Source of the DNA: a virus
Lineage: Duplodnaviria > Caudoviricetes
Length of the DNA: 27,700 nt
Reading direction: 5' to 3' (one strand)
IMG/VR virus record: IMGVR_UViG_3300009109_000027
Span: 1 to 27,700 of that record
The position numbers and the translations under genes were made by a program. The notes below the pieces were generated by a model, which saw nothing but the letters and a program-made list of their open reading frames with translations, did no database searches and had not been told where the DNA came from. Positions 1 to 7,017 of this stretch are shown here, piece after piece. Each line of letters starts with the position of its first letter. The stretch's first letter is position 1.

Positions 1-171
1 ATCCCCCCCCTATGTGCCGGTTGGTGGTCAAACCGGGACTGGTGGTGTCTAGCCGGTCAATAATCCCGGTAATGTCTCGGGTCGGCTATTGTTGTTTCTG
101 TCCCTCCTGTGAGGACAGGGGAAAGGGACCGGCCGGAGATACCGGCTGTCATACATAGAGAGGAAAACGTC

Positions 172-753
172 ATGGACATTACCGTCCTTGTCGATTCCTT
201 GGATGGCTACATTCAGACCGCCGAAACGGTAAAACGTGACGACGTACTCTGGATACGGCGTCTTGACAAAATCATGGAAACCGTCCCGGATTCCTTTGAT
301 ATTGATTGGACCGCCGTGAAGGAAGGAATCCCGGAAACGGTTTCCGTGGACACCGATGCCGCCGACGCGATAGCAAAGACGATTACCGTCCTTGCCTCCG
401 ACGACGATGACGTGGCCAAGGAAACGGTAGAACGGTGGGAATCCGTCCGGCCAGCCAACCGTGGACGTTCTTCGAACGGTACACGGGAATCCAAGGAAAC
501 CGATAATCCGGTATGGACGTGCATCACGGTTTCCGATAGTTCCGGTAGGGAACTGCAACGGCATTCTAGGAATCCCGGTGCGATTTCTTCCCTCTACTAT
601 CCCGTATGGGAATACTTGAGGGACAACACGGAACTGACCAAGAGGGATTGGGATCCCTTGCGGAAGGAAATCAAGAATGCCGTTTATTCCGGCAGAGAAG
701 GAATCTTTACCGTCGGGACCGATCCCGTCTATACGGTGGCGGTTTCCTTCTAA
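172..753 (+). CDS. Hypothetical early protein (193 aa) with acidic N-terminal half
   Basis: Lies within ORF 109..753. ATG at 172 follows AGAGAGGAAAACGTC. Ends TAATAA and is followed by a strong hairpin. Confidence 0.8.
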   Translation: MDITVLVDSLDGYIQTAETVKRDDVLWIRRLDKIMETVPDSFDIDWTAVKEGIPETVSVDTDAADAIAKTITVLASDDDDVAKETVERWESVRPANRGRSSNGTRESKETDNPVWTCITVSDSSGRELQRHSRNPGAISSLYYPVWEYLRDNTELTKRDWDPLRKEIKNAVYSGREGIFTVGTDPVYTVAVSF

Positions 754-758
754 TAAAT

Positions 759-800
759 ACGGTACGGGACCGGCCGGTGCGCCGGTCGGTCCCCTACCGT
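759..800 (+). terminator. Long GC-rich stem-loop (terminator without U-tract, or RNase III-type site)
   Basis: ACGGTA-C-GGGACCGGCCGG-TGCG-CCGGTCGGTCCC-C-TACCGT immediately after the stop of gene 172-753. Confidence 0.6.
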
Positions 801-805
801 CACAA

Positions 806-849
806 TCCCTAACGGTTTACCTACGGTTCGATTCCGTAGTGGGGAACTA
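806..849 (+). ncRNA. tRNA-like minihelix (acceptor-like stem plus T-arm), not a full tRNA
   Basis: T-stem CTACGG(821-826)/CCGTAG(834-839) with the 7-nt loop TTCGATT. TCCCTA(806-811) pairs with TGGGGA(840-845) directly next to it. ACTA follows. Confidence 0.5.
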
Positions 850-875
850 CGCCTATGCACGAGAGGAGGTGCGAT

Positions 876-989
876 ATGCGAGGCAAGGTAAAAGGGACCG
901 TGACCATGTTCTGGAAAGGTCCAAACCCACAAGGAATGGAGGTTCCTATGACAGATCATGAAGAGTTGATGAAGGAGGTGGTCGCATGA
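876..989 (+). CDS. Small hypothetical protein (37 aa, MRGKVKGTVTMFWKG...KEVVA); internal in-frame start at 948
   Basis: GAGGAGGT SD before ATG 876. Stop overlaps the next start (ATGA). Confidence 0.5.
   Translation: MRGKVKGTVTMFWKGPNPQGMEVPMTDHEELMKEVVA
931..985 (+). repeat. 55-bp direct repeat, copy 1
   Basis: AAGGAATGGAGGTTCCTATGACAGATCATGAAGAGTTGATGAAGGAGGTGGTCGC; 2 mismatches to the copy at 1155-1209. Confidence 0.95.
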
Positions 990-1138
990 GGCGAGTTATG
1001 CAGTTTGCTTGCAAGAAATGCAAGGTCAGATACCCCGTGACCCACGAGATGTTCTACGACGACGACCCCAAGTCGGACACGTATCTTGACCTCTGGTGCG
1101 GGGACTGCGGGCGCGACTTCGAGGAGGAGGAAGGGTGA
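986..1138 (+). CDS. Small zinc-ribbon protein (50 aa; CKKC...CGDC, acidic tail)
   Basis: Manual translation: MRRVMQFACKKCKVRYPVTHEMFYDDDPKSDTYLDLWCGDCGRDFEEEEG. AAGGAGGT SD upstream. Confidence 0.75.
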   Translation: MRRVMQFACKKCKVRYPVTHEMFYDDDPKSDTYLDLWCGDCGRDFEEEEG

Positions 1139-1154
1139 GGGGAAACGGTCAAGG

Positions 1155-1209
1155 AAGGAATGGAGGTTCCGATGACAGAGCATGAAGAGTTGATGAAGGA
1201 GGTGGTCGC
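1155..1209 (+). repeat. 55-bp direct repeat, copy 2
   Basis: AAGGAATGGAGGTTCCGATGACAGAGCATGAAGAGTTGATGAAGGAGGTGGTCGC. Confidence 0.95.
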
Positions 1210-1318
1210 CTTCCTCATCGAGAAAGCCCTCAGTGAAAAACCTTCGGGTTCGTACTACGGAGGACAGGTCACCGTCTCAGAGTTTGAAGATCTCAAACAC
1301 GGAGGTTCCGATGACTGA
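1172..1318 (+). CDS. Small hypothetical protein (48 aa, MTEHEELMKEVVAFLIEKALSEK...)
   Basis: GGAGG SD in the conserved motif. Stop overlaps the next gene. Confidence 0.7.
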   Translation: MTEHEELMKEVVAFLIEKALSEKPSGSYYGGQVTVSEFEDLKHGGSDD

Positions 1319-1463
1319 CGAACAACAGGTGTTCGACGGGATGGCCGACCTTGACGACGGGTCGGCGTCACCCGAGCATGTGAAAATCATGCTGGAAGCA
1401 ATGCGCGAAACCCTTGCTGCTGCGAGGCACAACACGCGGGTCCTACAAGGAAAGGAGTCGTGA
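1311..1463 (+). CDS. Small hypothetical protein (50 aa, MTDEQQVFDG...)
   Basis: GGAGGTTCCG-ATG start inside ORF 1233..1463. TGATG coupling to the next gene. Confidence 0.7.
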   Translation: MTDEQQVFDGMADLDDGSASPEHVKIMLEAMRETLAAARHNTRVLQGKES

Positions 1464-1576
1464 TGGCAAAGTTCGCCACCTACGTTGGCTGGTTGTTCAT
1501 GCTTGCCGTCGCCGGGGTGCTGCTGGGCTACGCGGCAGGGTGGTTGATTGACCACGCCAACCCCCTCGGCGTGTGA
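1463..1576 (+). CDS. Small single-pass membrane protein (37 aa)
   Basis: MAKFATYVGWLFMLAVAGVLLGYAAGWLIDHANPLGV. AAGGAG SD and TGATG overlap. Confidence 0.7.
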   Translation: MAKFATYVGWLFMLAVAGVLLGYAAGWLIDHANPLGV

Positions 1577-1595
1577 AAGACCTCGAATCGTACTC

Positions 1596-1624
1596 TTGAC
1601 AACCCCGTCTACCTCGTGTATAAT
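1596..1624 (+). promoter_or_regulatory. Perfect sigma70/SigA consensus promoter
   Basis: TTGACA(1596-1601)-17 bp-TATAAT(1619-1624) in an intergenic gap, oriented with the downstream genes. Confidence 0.9.
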
Positions 1625-1655
1625 GAAGGGGTGAGAACTAGGAATGGAGGTTCCG

Positions 1656-1799
1656 ATGAAAGTGGACTACAACATGTCCGACCCTGTAACAGTCGAGTTT
1701 GACGAAGGTCGAACCGTCGACATCGACAAAGTGTGGATCGAAGTTGACTGCGACTGTGCCGATGCCCCGCATCTTCAGGTCCTGTCCGAGTGGCTGTGA
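1656..1799 (+). CDS. Small acidic hypothetical protein (47 aa, MKVDYNMSDPVTVEF...CDCADAPH...)
   Basis: AGGAATGGAGGTTCCG-ATG start directly downstream of the promoter. Confidence 0.7.
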   Translation: MKVDYNMSDPVTVEFDEGRTVDIDKVWIEVDCDCADAPHLQVLSEWL

Positions 1800-1807
1800 C
1801 CCCCACG

Positions 1808-1896
1808 CGCAGTCTCGAATCGGCCTTAGACGAACGATTCGGGTTCACCGACCTACCGGGAGCCGCGAGCGTAAAGCGCAGCGGCCTGAAGTTGCG
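1808..1896 (+). ncRNA. Putative structured cis-regulatory RNA (nested multi-way junction)
   Basis: Manual pairing: 1808-1813/1891-1896, 1814-1822/1835-1843, 1844-1847/1887-1890, 1862-1866/1881-1885. Ends at the SD of gene 1913. Confidence 0.35.
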
Positions 1897-1912
1897 GAAG
1901 GAGGTGAAACTT

Positions 1913-2296
1913 ATGGACACACCCACCAAGAAACGTGACTGGCTACGCACTCCGGTGCTCGAACTCCTCCAACGCGAGGCGGACCGCGAGTGGACAGCGA
2001 TAGAGGTGCGGGAACGGATCGGGCACGACAACCTCGATTCGATCAACTCGACACTCTCTGAACTGCACCGCAAGTCGCAGTACCCAGTCAAACGGGTCGC
2101 TCCGGGAAGGTACGCTTGCACGTTGTACCGCTCCACGAACAAACTCGTGGAGAAAGTGGAACGCATCACCCGCGGAGAAACCCTACGTGTAGGAGACTTG
2201 TTGGAAGTCGTGTTTGTGCGGGGAGGAAAGGTCCTCGCCATCGACTCCGACGACAACCTGCTGGTGATCTCGGCCCGCACAGTCGAGAACTTCTGA
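1913..2296 (+). CDS. Putative winged-helix DNA-binding protein with C-terminal beta domain (127 aa)
   Basis: AAGGAGGTG SD before ATG 1913. VLELLQ...WTAIEVRERIG...INSTLSEL...VKRVAPGRY matches a wHTH pattern. Confidence 0.7.
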   Translation: MDTPTKKRDWLRTPVLELLQREADREWTAIEVRERIGHDNLDSINSTLSELHRKSQYPVKRVAPGRYACTLYRSTNKLVEKVERITRGETLRVGDLLEVVFVRGGKVLAIDSDDNLLVISARTVENF

Positions 2297-2297
2297 C

Positions 2298-2352
2298 ACC
2301 AGCCCTTGCGGCCTCACCGTCCCTCCCCTTGGGTGGGGCCGCTTGGGGTGGT
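2298..2352 (+). terminator. Long imperfect intergenic hairpin
   Basis: Core 11-bp stem GCGGCCTCACC(2308-2318)/GGTGGGGCCGC(2332-2342), extendable by ACCA..CCC/GGG..TGGT. Confidence 0.5.
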
Positions 2353-2390
2353 ATCCAGCCACCAACTCTTGACTGGAAGGAGCAAGAGAA

Positions 2391-3488
2391 GTGCTAAGAA
2401 AACCCGAACATGAGGAACCACGGGAAGTTCTCGAACCCATCGTGGTCCACCCCGAGAAGATCGGGAAACAATCGGGTGTCGTAACAGTACCCACCCCTGA
2501 CTCGTTCACATACGGGCCAAAAGGAGTGGAACTACCAAAGTACGACCCCGAATCGTTTCCCGAGTCGGATCGGATCAAGATACCCAACGAATCCACCTTC
2601 ATTGACCACGACGGCCTCGTCTACTCGGTGGCCGTCGACCTCCAACGAGGAAAGGTTCCAATGATGTGGGGTCCGTCAGGGGTAGGGAAAACACAGTTGG
2701 CCCGCCACATGGCCTTCCTGATGCGAGTCCCATTCGAGCGCATCCCGCTCGGAGAGACAAGCGAACGGGAAGACGTGACAGGTCACTACGAACTGAAAGG
2801 TTCCACAACAGAGTGGGTGCAGTCCCGTCTAGCCCGATCATTCGGGCGACCGGGAGTTATCTGCATCGACGAGTGGAACGCTGCACCACCCGCTGTGCTG
2901 CATGTGGCACGACCCGTCCTCGACGACTCAGCGCAACTCGCGTTAGACGCCTACGACGGACGCATCCTGCTCAAGCACGCACACAACTTCATCATCGCAA
3001 CAGGAAACCCCGACTGGATGCCCCAGTACGCAGGTTTGCTGCCACTATCCGAAGCAGATGCCGACAGGTTGTCGCACATCGCCGTCGGGTGGCCGGACTC
3101 GAAGATCGAAGCGGAGATACTCCTCAACCACATCGAGTCTAGGGAACTAGACAGGGTTCCGGCGTGGCAGGTGGTGTGCGGGTTGATGGCATGGAAGGAC
3201 CTACGCAAGTCAATCGACGAAGGAAACCTCGGTATCACCGCAGGTACACGTTCGTTGATGAACTTCGTGGAACTTCTCCAATACCACCCGGTGCGTGAAG
3301 CCATGTCGAAAGTGTACGAACGGATGGACACCCAATCGTTCAGCAAAGTCGTACACGTACTCGACCATCACGACTGGGCGAAGTACTCCAAGCCAACAGC
3401 AGCCGAACTTGTCCAAGACTCCAGCGACCCCATAGGGGACCTGCTGACACGGATACCGGAAGAGTTGAGTGGGGTGGAACTTGAGTAG
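2391..3488 (+). CDS. MoxR/CbbQ-NirQ-NorQ/CobS-like AAA+ ATPase
   Basis: Walker A GPSGVGKT, Walker B ICIDEWN, sensor IIATGNP, and LSEADADRL (Arg finger region). Confidence 0.9.
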   Translation: MLRKPEHEEPREVLEPIVVHPEKIGKQSGVVTVPTPDSFTYGPKGVELPKYDPESFPESDRIKIPNESTFIDHDGLVYSVAVDLQRGKVPMMWGPSGVGKTQLARHMAFLMRVPFERIPLGETSEREDVTGHYELKGSTTEWVQSRLARSFGRPGVICIDEWNAAPPAVLHVARPVLDDSAQLALDAYDGRILLKHAHNFIIATGNPDWMPQYAGLLPLSEADADRLSHIAVGWPDSKIEAEILLNHIESRELDRVPAWQVVCGLMAWKDLRKSIDEGNLGITAGTRSLMNFVELLQYHPVREAMSKVYERMDTQSFSKVVHVLDHHDWAKYSKPTAAELVQDSSDPIGDLLTRIPEELSGVELE

Positions 3489-5727
3489 CGTCGAACACCC
3501 CGGTATAGAACTACCCGTCAACCAGCCCGCCACGGCCGAATCCTACGCAGAAGCGGCACGGGTAGCGGCCCGTCTCCTGCCGAGGCTCACAGACATAGTG
3601 AGAACCTCAGCAGGAGACAACGGGCTGCGGGTATCAATCAACCAACACTCGCAGGGACCCTGCACAGACGGAGCCACGGTTCACTTACCGTTAGACCCCG
3701 GTTTCGCCGACATAGACCCGGACAACCCGTGCGTATGCGACGAAGAACCCGAATCGTGCCTCTACCACATCACCGTCGGGGTGCTGTTACACGAAGCAGC
3801 CCACATCAGCCAAGGCTCAACGAAACCCGTTGATGTCGAGTTCTGCCAACGAGTAGAACTCGGCATCGCCAAACTGATGGAAGGTATGCCGGAAGAGTTC
3901 TCCGAAGCGTTCATAGACAGGCACGACGACGCAGGGTTGTATTACATCCGGCAATGTGTAAACGGGCCACGGGTTTTGGCGAGATCAGGGTTGGAAGTTG
4001 CGTCATGGTTCAACCCCGACGCACCCCTGCTGGCCAACGCCTTCGAAGACGCCCGCATCAACAAAGCAGTCGGCGATAGCCGATCCGCTTTAGGTCAACA
4101 GATGGCGCGGCTCGCCGAAGGGCTCGTCGTGCGGGCCGCTGCCGGTGAAGGCATCGTCGAAGGCCCCGTCGGATACCAAGTAGGTGTCGCAGTCAACTTG
4201 GAGGTCGAACACGATCTCGACCTGAAACCGGTGCTGAAGTCGGAAACGGTTCTGGCCTGTCTCAACGACCCGAACGTCAAACGTGTTCTCGACAAGTTCA
4301 AACTCGAAACCACCGCCGAAGCGGTCGCTGCCGGGATTGTGCTCGCCGAATACGCCCGAGAAACATACGGGTTGTTCGAAAGTATGCAACCCGAGCAGAC
4401 CGGGGAGGACACCTCCCGCACCGGAAACGGTCGGGCAGCATCCCAGCCGATCAAGTCCGGTAAAGACCTCGGCGACGACGGCAAGTTGAAAGAAAGCCAA
4501 CGGCTTCGAGACAAAAAGAAACTCGAACAAGAAAGGTCGGAACTTGTCGCACGGTCAGACCGATCTGCTCGAGCAGAGGCGTTCGGTCGAGCCAAATGGA
4601 CTGACCGTGGAGCCGATAAACCCGTCGAGAGTCTCGAACCCGTTCTGGCTGAGATACAAGCAGCGATGAACGAGTCCCGAGCCGGGGACACCTCGGAACA
4701 CCTCGACGACCTGATGCAAATGCCGGGCGGAAGTGGACTGGTTGGAGATTCGGGTGAAGGCCGCTACGTGCCTCTGATCCTGCGACCCGACTACGAAAAA
4801 GTACCGGTATACGGTGACGGGGTGAAGTTGCTCGCCGACTACAAGTTCCCGGCAGGAGGCGGGTTCGACCAATCCAGCGACCTCGAAGTGAAAGTTCAAG
4901 CGCCGGTTCATAAATCGCAACGCAAGTTGGCGGACGCACTCGGCATGAACAGGAGGTCAGCGTCGACACCGAACCTTGTGCGAGGAAGGCTGCATGGCAG
5001 CAAACTTGCACGAGTTCCGACCGGTAACCGTCGAGCATTTCGCCGGATCGACAAACCCCGGAAACGATCCTATGCCGTACTCATCGGAGTCGACCAATCC
5101 GGTTCAACCCTTGGAGATGTCAACGAATACCTCGTGGAACTCGCGTACGCGCAAGCAACGCTGCTTGCGCGGCTAGGTATTGCGTTTGCGGTAGCCGGGC
5201 ACACCGGAGGCCGGTACCTGGTGGGTGAAGACGATCACAACGTCGACTGTGACCCAGAAGTGGCCGACGATTTGCGGGGTAGGGTCGGATCAAATGTGGC
5301 GTCGCTTGCGACCATCCAACTCGTCAAGAACTTTGCGGAACCGTGGGACGAAGCAGCCAAATCGGGTGTCGCTTCGCTCCATGCCGCCCATCAGAACCTC
5401 GACGGGTTGACGATGCGAACCTACATTGACATGCTCTGCACGCAACGGGCAACCGACCGGATCTTGCTCTACTACACCGACGGTGCGATGCCCGCCGAGG
5501 ACCATGACAACCAGAGGGTCATGCTCGAAGCACAGTGCAGACGGGCGAAAGCGATGGCGCAACTCCCAGACCGGAGACTCCACGTCGTCGGAGTAGGTGT
5601 AGGAACCGACTCGCCGAAGGAATATGGGTTAGACACCATAGCGGTCAACCTCGACGACACCGAAGCAGGTGTCGTCGAGGTTGTGGAAGGTCTAGCCGAC
5701 CGCATATCCGACTCGATCCGTGGATGA
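3481..5727 (+). CDS. CobT-like partner: N-terminal HEXXH metallopeptidase-like domain plus C-terminal vWA (MIDAS) domain
   Basis: LLHEAAHI and NAFEDARIN, RGRLH..KLAR linker, MIDAS VDQSGS ... YYTDG ... VVGVGVG. Overlaps the ATPase gene. Start could be 3469 or 3481. Confidence 0.88.
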   Translation: MSSVEHPGIELPVNQPATAESYAEAARVAARLLPRLTDIVRTSAGDNGLRVSINQHSQGPCTDGATVHLPLDPGFADIDPDNPCVCDEEPESCLYHITVGVLLHEAAHISQGSTKPVDVEFCQRVELGIAKLMEGMPEEFSEAFIDRHDDAGLYYIRQCVNGPRVLARSGLEVASWFNPDAPLLANAFEDARINKAVGDSRSALGQQMARLAEGLVVRAAAGEGIVEGPVGYQVGVAVNLEVEHDLDLKPVLKSETVLACLNDPNVKRVLDKFKLETTAEAVAAGIVLAEYARETYGLFESMQPEQTGEDTSRTGNGRAASQPIKSGKDLGDDGKLKESQRLRDKKKLEQERSELVARSDRSARAEAFGRAKWTDRGADKPVESLEPVLAEIQAAMNESRAGDTSEHLDDLMQMPGGSGLVGDSGEGRYVPLILRPDYEKVPVYGDGVKLLADYKFPAGGGFDQSSDLEVKVQAPVHKSQRKLADALGMNRRSASTPNLVRGRLHGSKLARVPTGNRRAFRRIDKPRKRSYAVLIGVDQSGSTLGDVNEYLVELAYAQATLLARLGIAFAVAGHTGGRYLVGEDDHNVDCDPEVADDLRGRVGSNVASLATIQLVKNFAEPWDEAAKSGVASLHAAHQNLDGLTMRTYIDMLCTQRATDRILLYYTDGAMPAEDHDNQRVMLEAQCRRAKAMAQLPDRRLHVVGVGVGTDSPKEYGLDTIAVNLDDTEAGVVEVVEGLADRISDSIRG

Positions 5728-5812
5728 GTTGTCAGGGGCGATCATGTGGCTTGTCATATGGGGCCTCGTTTACGTCATCTGGGTCGTGATTACAGAACCT
5801 CTAGGCATATAA
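5720..5812 (+). CDS. Tiny membrane protein (30 aa)
   Basis: GTG start overlapping the vWA stop; MDELSGAIMWLVIWGLVYVIWVVITEPLGI fills the gap. Confidence 0.5.
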   Translation: MDELSGAIMWLVIWGLVYVIWVVITEPLGI

Positions 5813-5834
5813 CCAACAAACAAAGGAGAGTTAC

Positions 5835-6086
5835 GTGAAGAAATGCCCGAGATGCGGCGAAGCAAACATGCGCGAGCCGCGCGAAATAAATGCTTTGAGT
5901 AGAACAACGAGAGGCATACAAGACGACCCCGTGTACGTCTGCTCCGACTGTGGAACAGACGAGGGTCTCGAAGAATACTTCGGGTTTGCCACCCCTCAAA
6001 CAGAGTGGCCGGTCACAGCCCGCACCTACCAGCCAGAGATAAGAGAAATGAGGCGCCAGCACTTGGAATGGAGTGTGGCCCAATGA
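5835..6086 (+). CDS. Zinc-finger phage protein (CPRC...ALSR...CSDC)
   Basis: AAAGGAGAG SD; two CxxC pairs. Confidence 0.8.
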   Translation: MKKCPRCGEANMREPREINALSRTTRGIQDDPVYVCSDCGTDEGLEEYFGFATPQTEWPVTARTYQPEIREMRRQHLEWSVAQ

Positions 6087-6304
6087 ACATCAGCCTCGAA
6101 CTTACAAAACAGGACGTGGGCACACTCGTCACGGCGTTGGGTTGGATGGCTGAGGACCTAGGCATCCTGCAAGAATCGCAACACGACTACCCGGCGGACA
6201 ACGAGCCGGAAGGCCCGGAACTGGAAGCCGAAATACAGTCCGTACGCGACCTCTGCGCCCACCTCTACGAGAAACTAGAGGAGTCCCATGTCGAAGATGA
6301 GTGA
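6083..6304 (+). CDS. Acidic hypothetical protein (73 aa)
   Basis: ATGA overlap with the previous gene; GGAG SD. Confidence 0.7.
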   Translation: MNISLELTKQDVGTLVTALGWMAEDLGILQESQHDYPADNEPEGPELEAEIQSVRDLCAHLYEKLEESHVEDE

Positions 6305-6518
6305 CCTGCACCTCGAAATACAAGAAGAAGTCGCGACAGCGTTACGTAAACTCGGCACCCCTATCGACTGGGTAGACGTAGGCTTCTCCATCATGGAAGC
6401 AGCAGCCATCCACGACTGCTCAGAAGAACAAGTGTTCGCTGTCGTTGAGGACATGCTCAACGAGGGCTACACGGCAGCCAAGCAAATAATGGAAGGAGAC
6501 GGAAGTGCCCAGACATGA
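6288..6518 (+). CDS. Hypothetical protein (76 aa)
   Basis: GAGGAG SD; part of the chain of overlapping ORFs. Confidence 0.75.
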   Translation: MSKMSDLHLEIQEEVATALRKLGTPIDWVDVGFSIMEAAAIHDCSEEQVFAVVEDMLNEGYTAAKQIMEGDGSAQT

Positions 6519-7017
6519 AATAGAAAGGTTCCCTGAGTGGCGCAAGTGTGACTACTGCGACAACGAAGGCTCGGTGGACGAAGTAAGACCCTGCGACATG
6601 GAAGGCTGCCGGTTCCCTGAACATCAGGTATACGTATGCACCGACTGTGCCTCTGACGAACCTGTCGACGATTCGTTGGATCAGGCGTACAGGACAGGCT
6701 ACGAAGCCGGGAGAGGATCGGTTAGACCCGAGGAATACAACGGGTGGTCGAACCGTGAAACATGGGCAGCGAACCTGCACATGACCAACGACTACGGGTG
6801 GGATGCGCACCTACGGGATCAGGTGCTCGCGTCGCACAAAGAGGGCGACACCAAGTACGCGACAGCAGAAGCCGTCAAACAGGTATTCAACGACGTGGTA
6901 GACGAATCGGACACACCTGACGAAACGGTTGAGTCGGTGCTTCGTGACGTAGGTTCTGTGTGGCGAGTCAACTGGGTTGAAATCGCAGCAGCGCACCTTG
7001 ATGGACTAACCGAGTGA
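6505..7017 (+). CDS. Hypothetical phage protein: Cys-rich N-terminus plus YNGW.N.ETW domain
   Basis: CDYC...CDMEGC...CTDC, followed by YNGWSNRETWAANL, a motif I recall from phage early proteins. Confidence 0.75.
   Translation: MPRHEIERFPEWRKCDYCDNEGSVDEVRPCDMEGCRFPEHQVYVCTDCASDEPVDDSLDQAYRTGYEAGRGSVRPEEYNGWSNRETWAANLHMTNDYGWDAHLRDQVLASHKEGDTKYATAEAVKQVFNDVVDESDTPDETVESVLRDVGSVWRVNWVEIAAAHLDGLTE

Noticed and set aside
806-849. Full tRNA gene
   Set aside because: Only T-arm and acceptor-like stem are present; a 9-nt linker leaves no room for D or anticodon arms.
931-1659. CRISPR array from the recurring repeats
   Set aside because: Repeats contain an SD and ATG, are 140-350 bp apart, and the intervening DNA is coding; no cas genes.
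1800-1900. Hammerhead or other known self-cleaving ribozyme
   Set aside because: The conserved CUGANGA and GAAA core is not present in the required arrangement.
2391-5727. Cobalamin biosynthesis genes cobS/cobT
   Set aside because: Family resemblance only; no cobN or other pathway genes, so no gene symbol was assigned.
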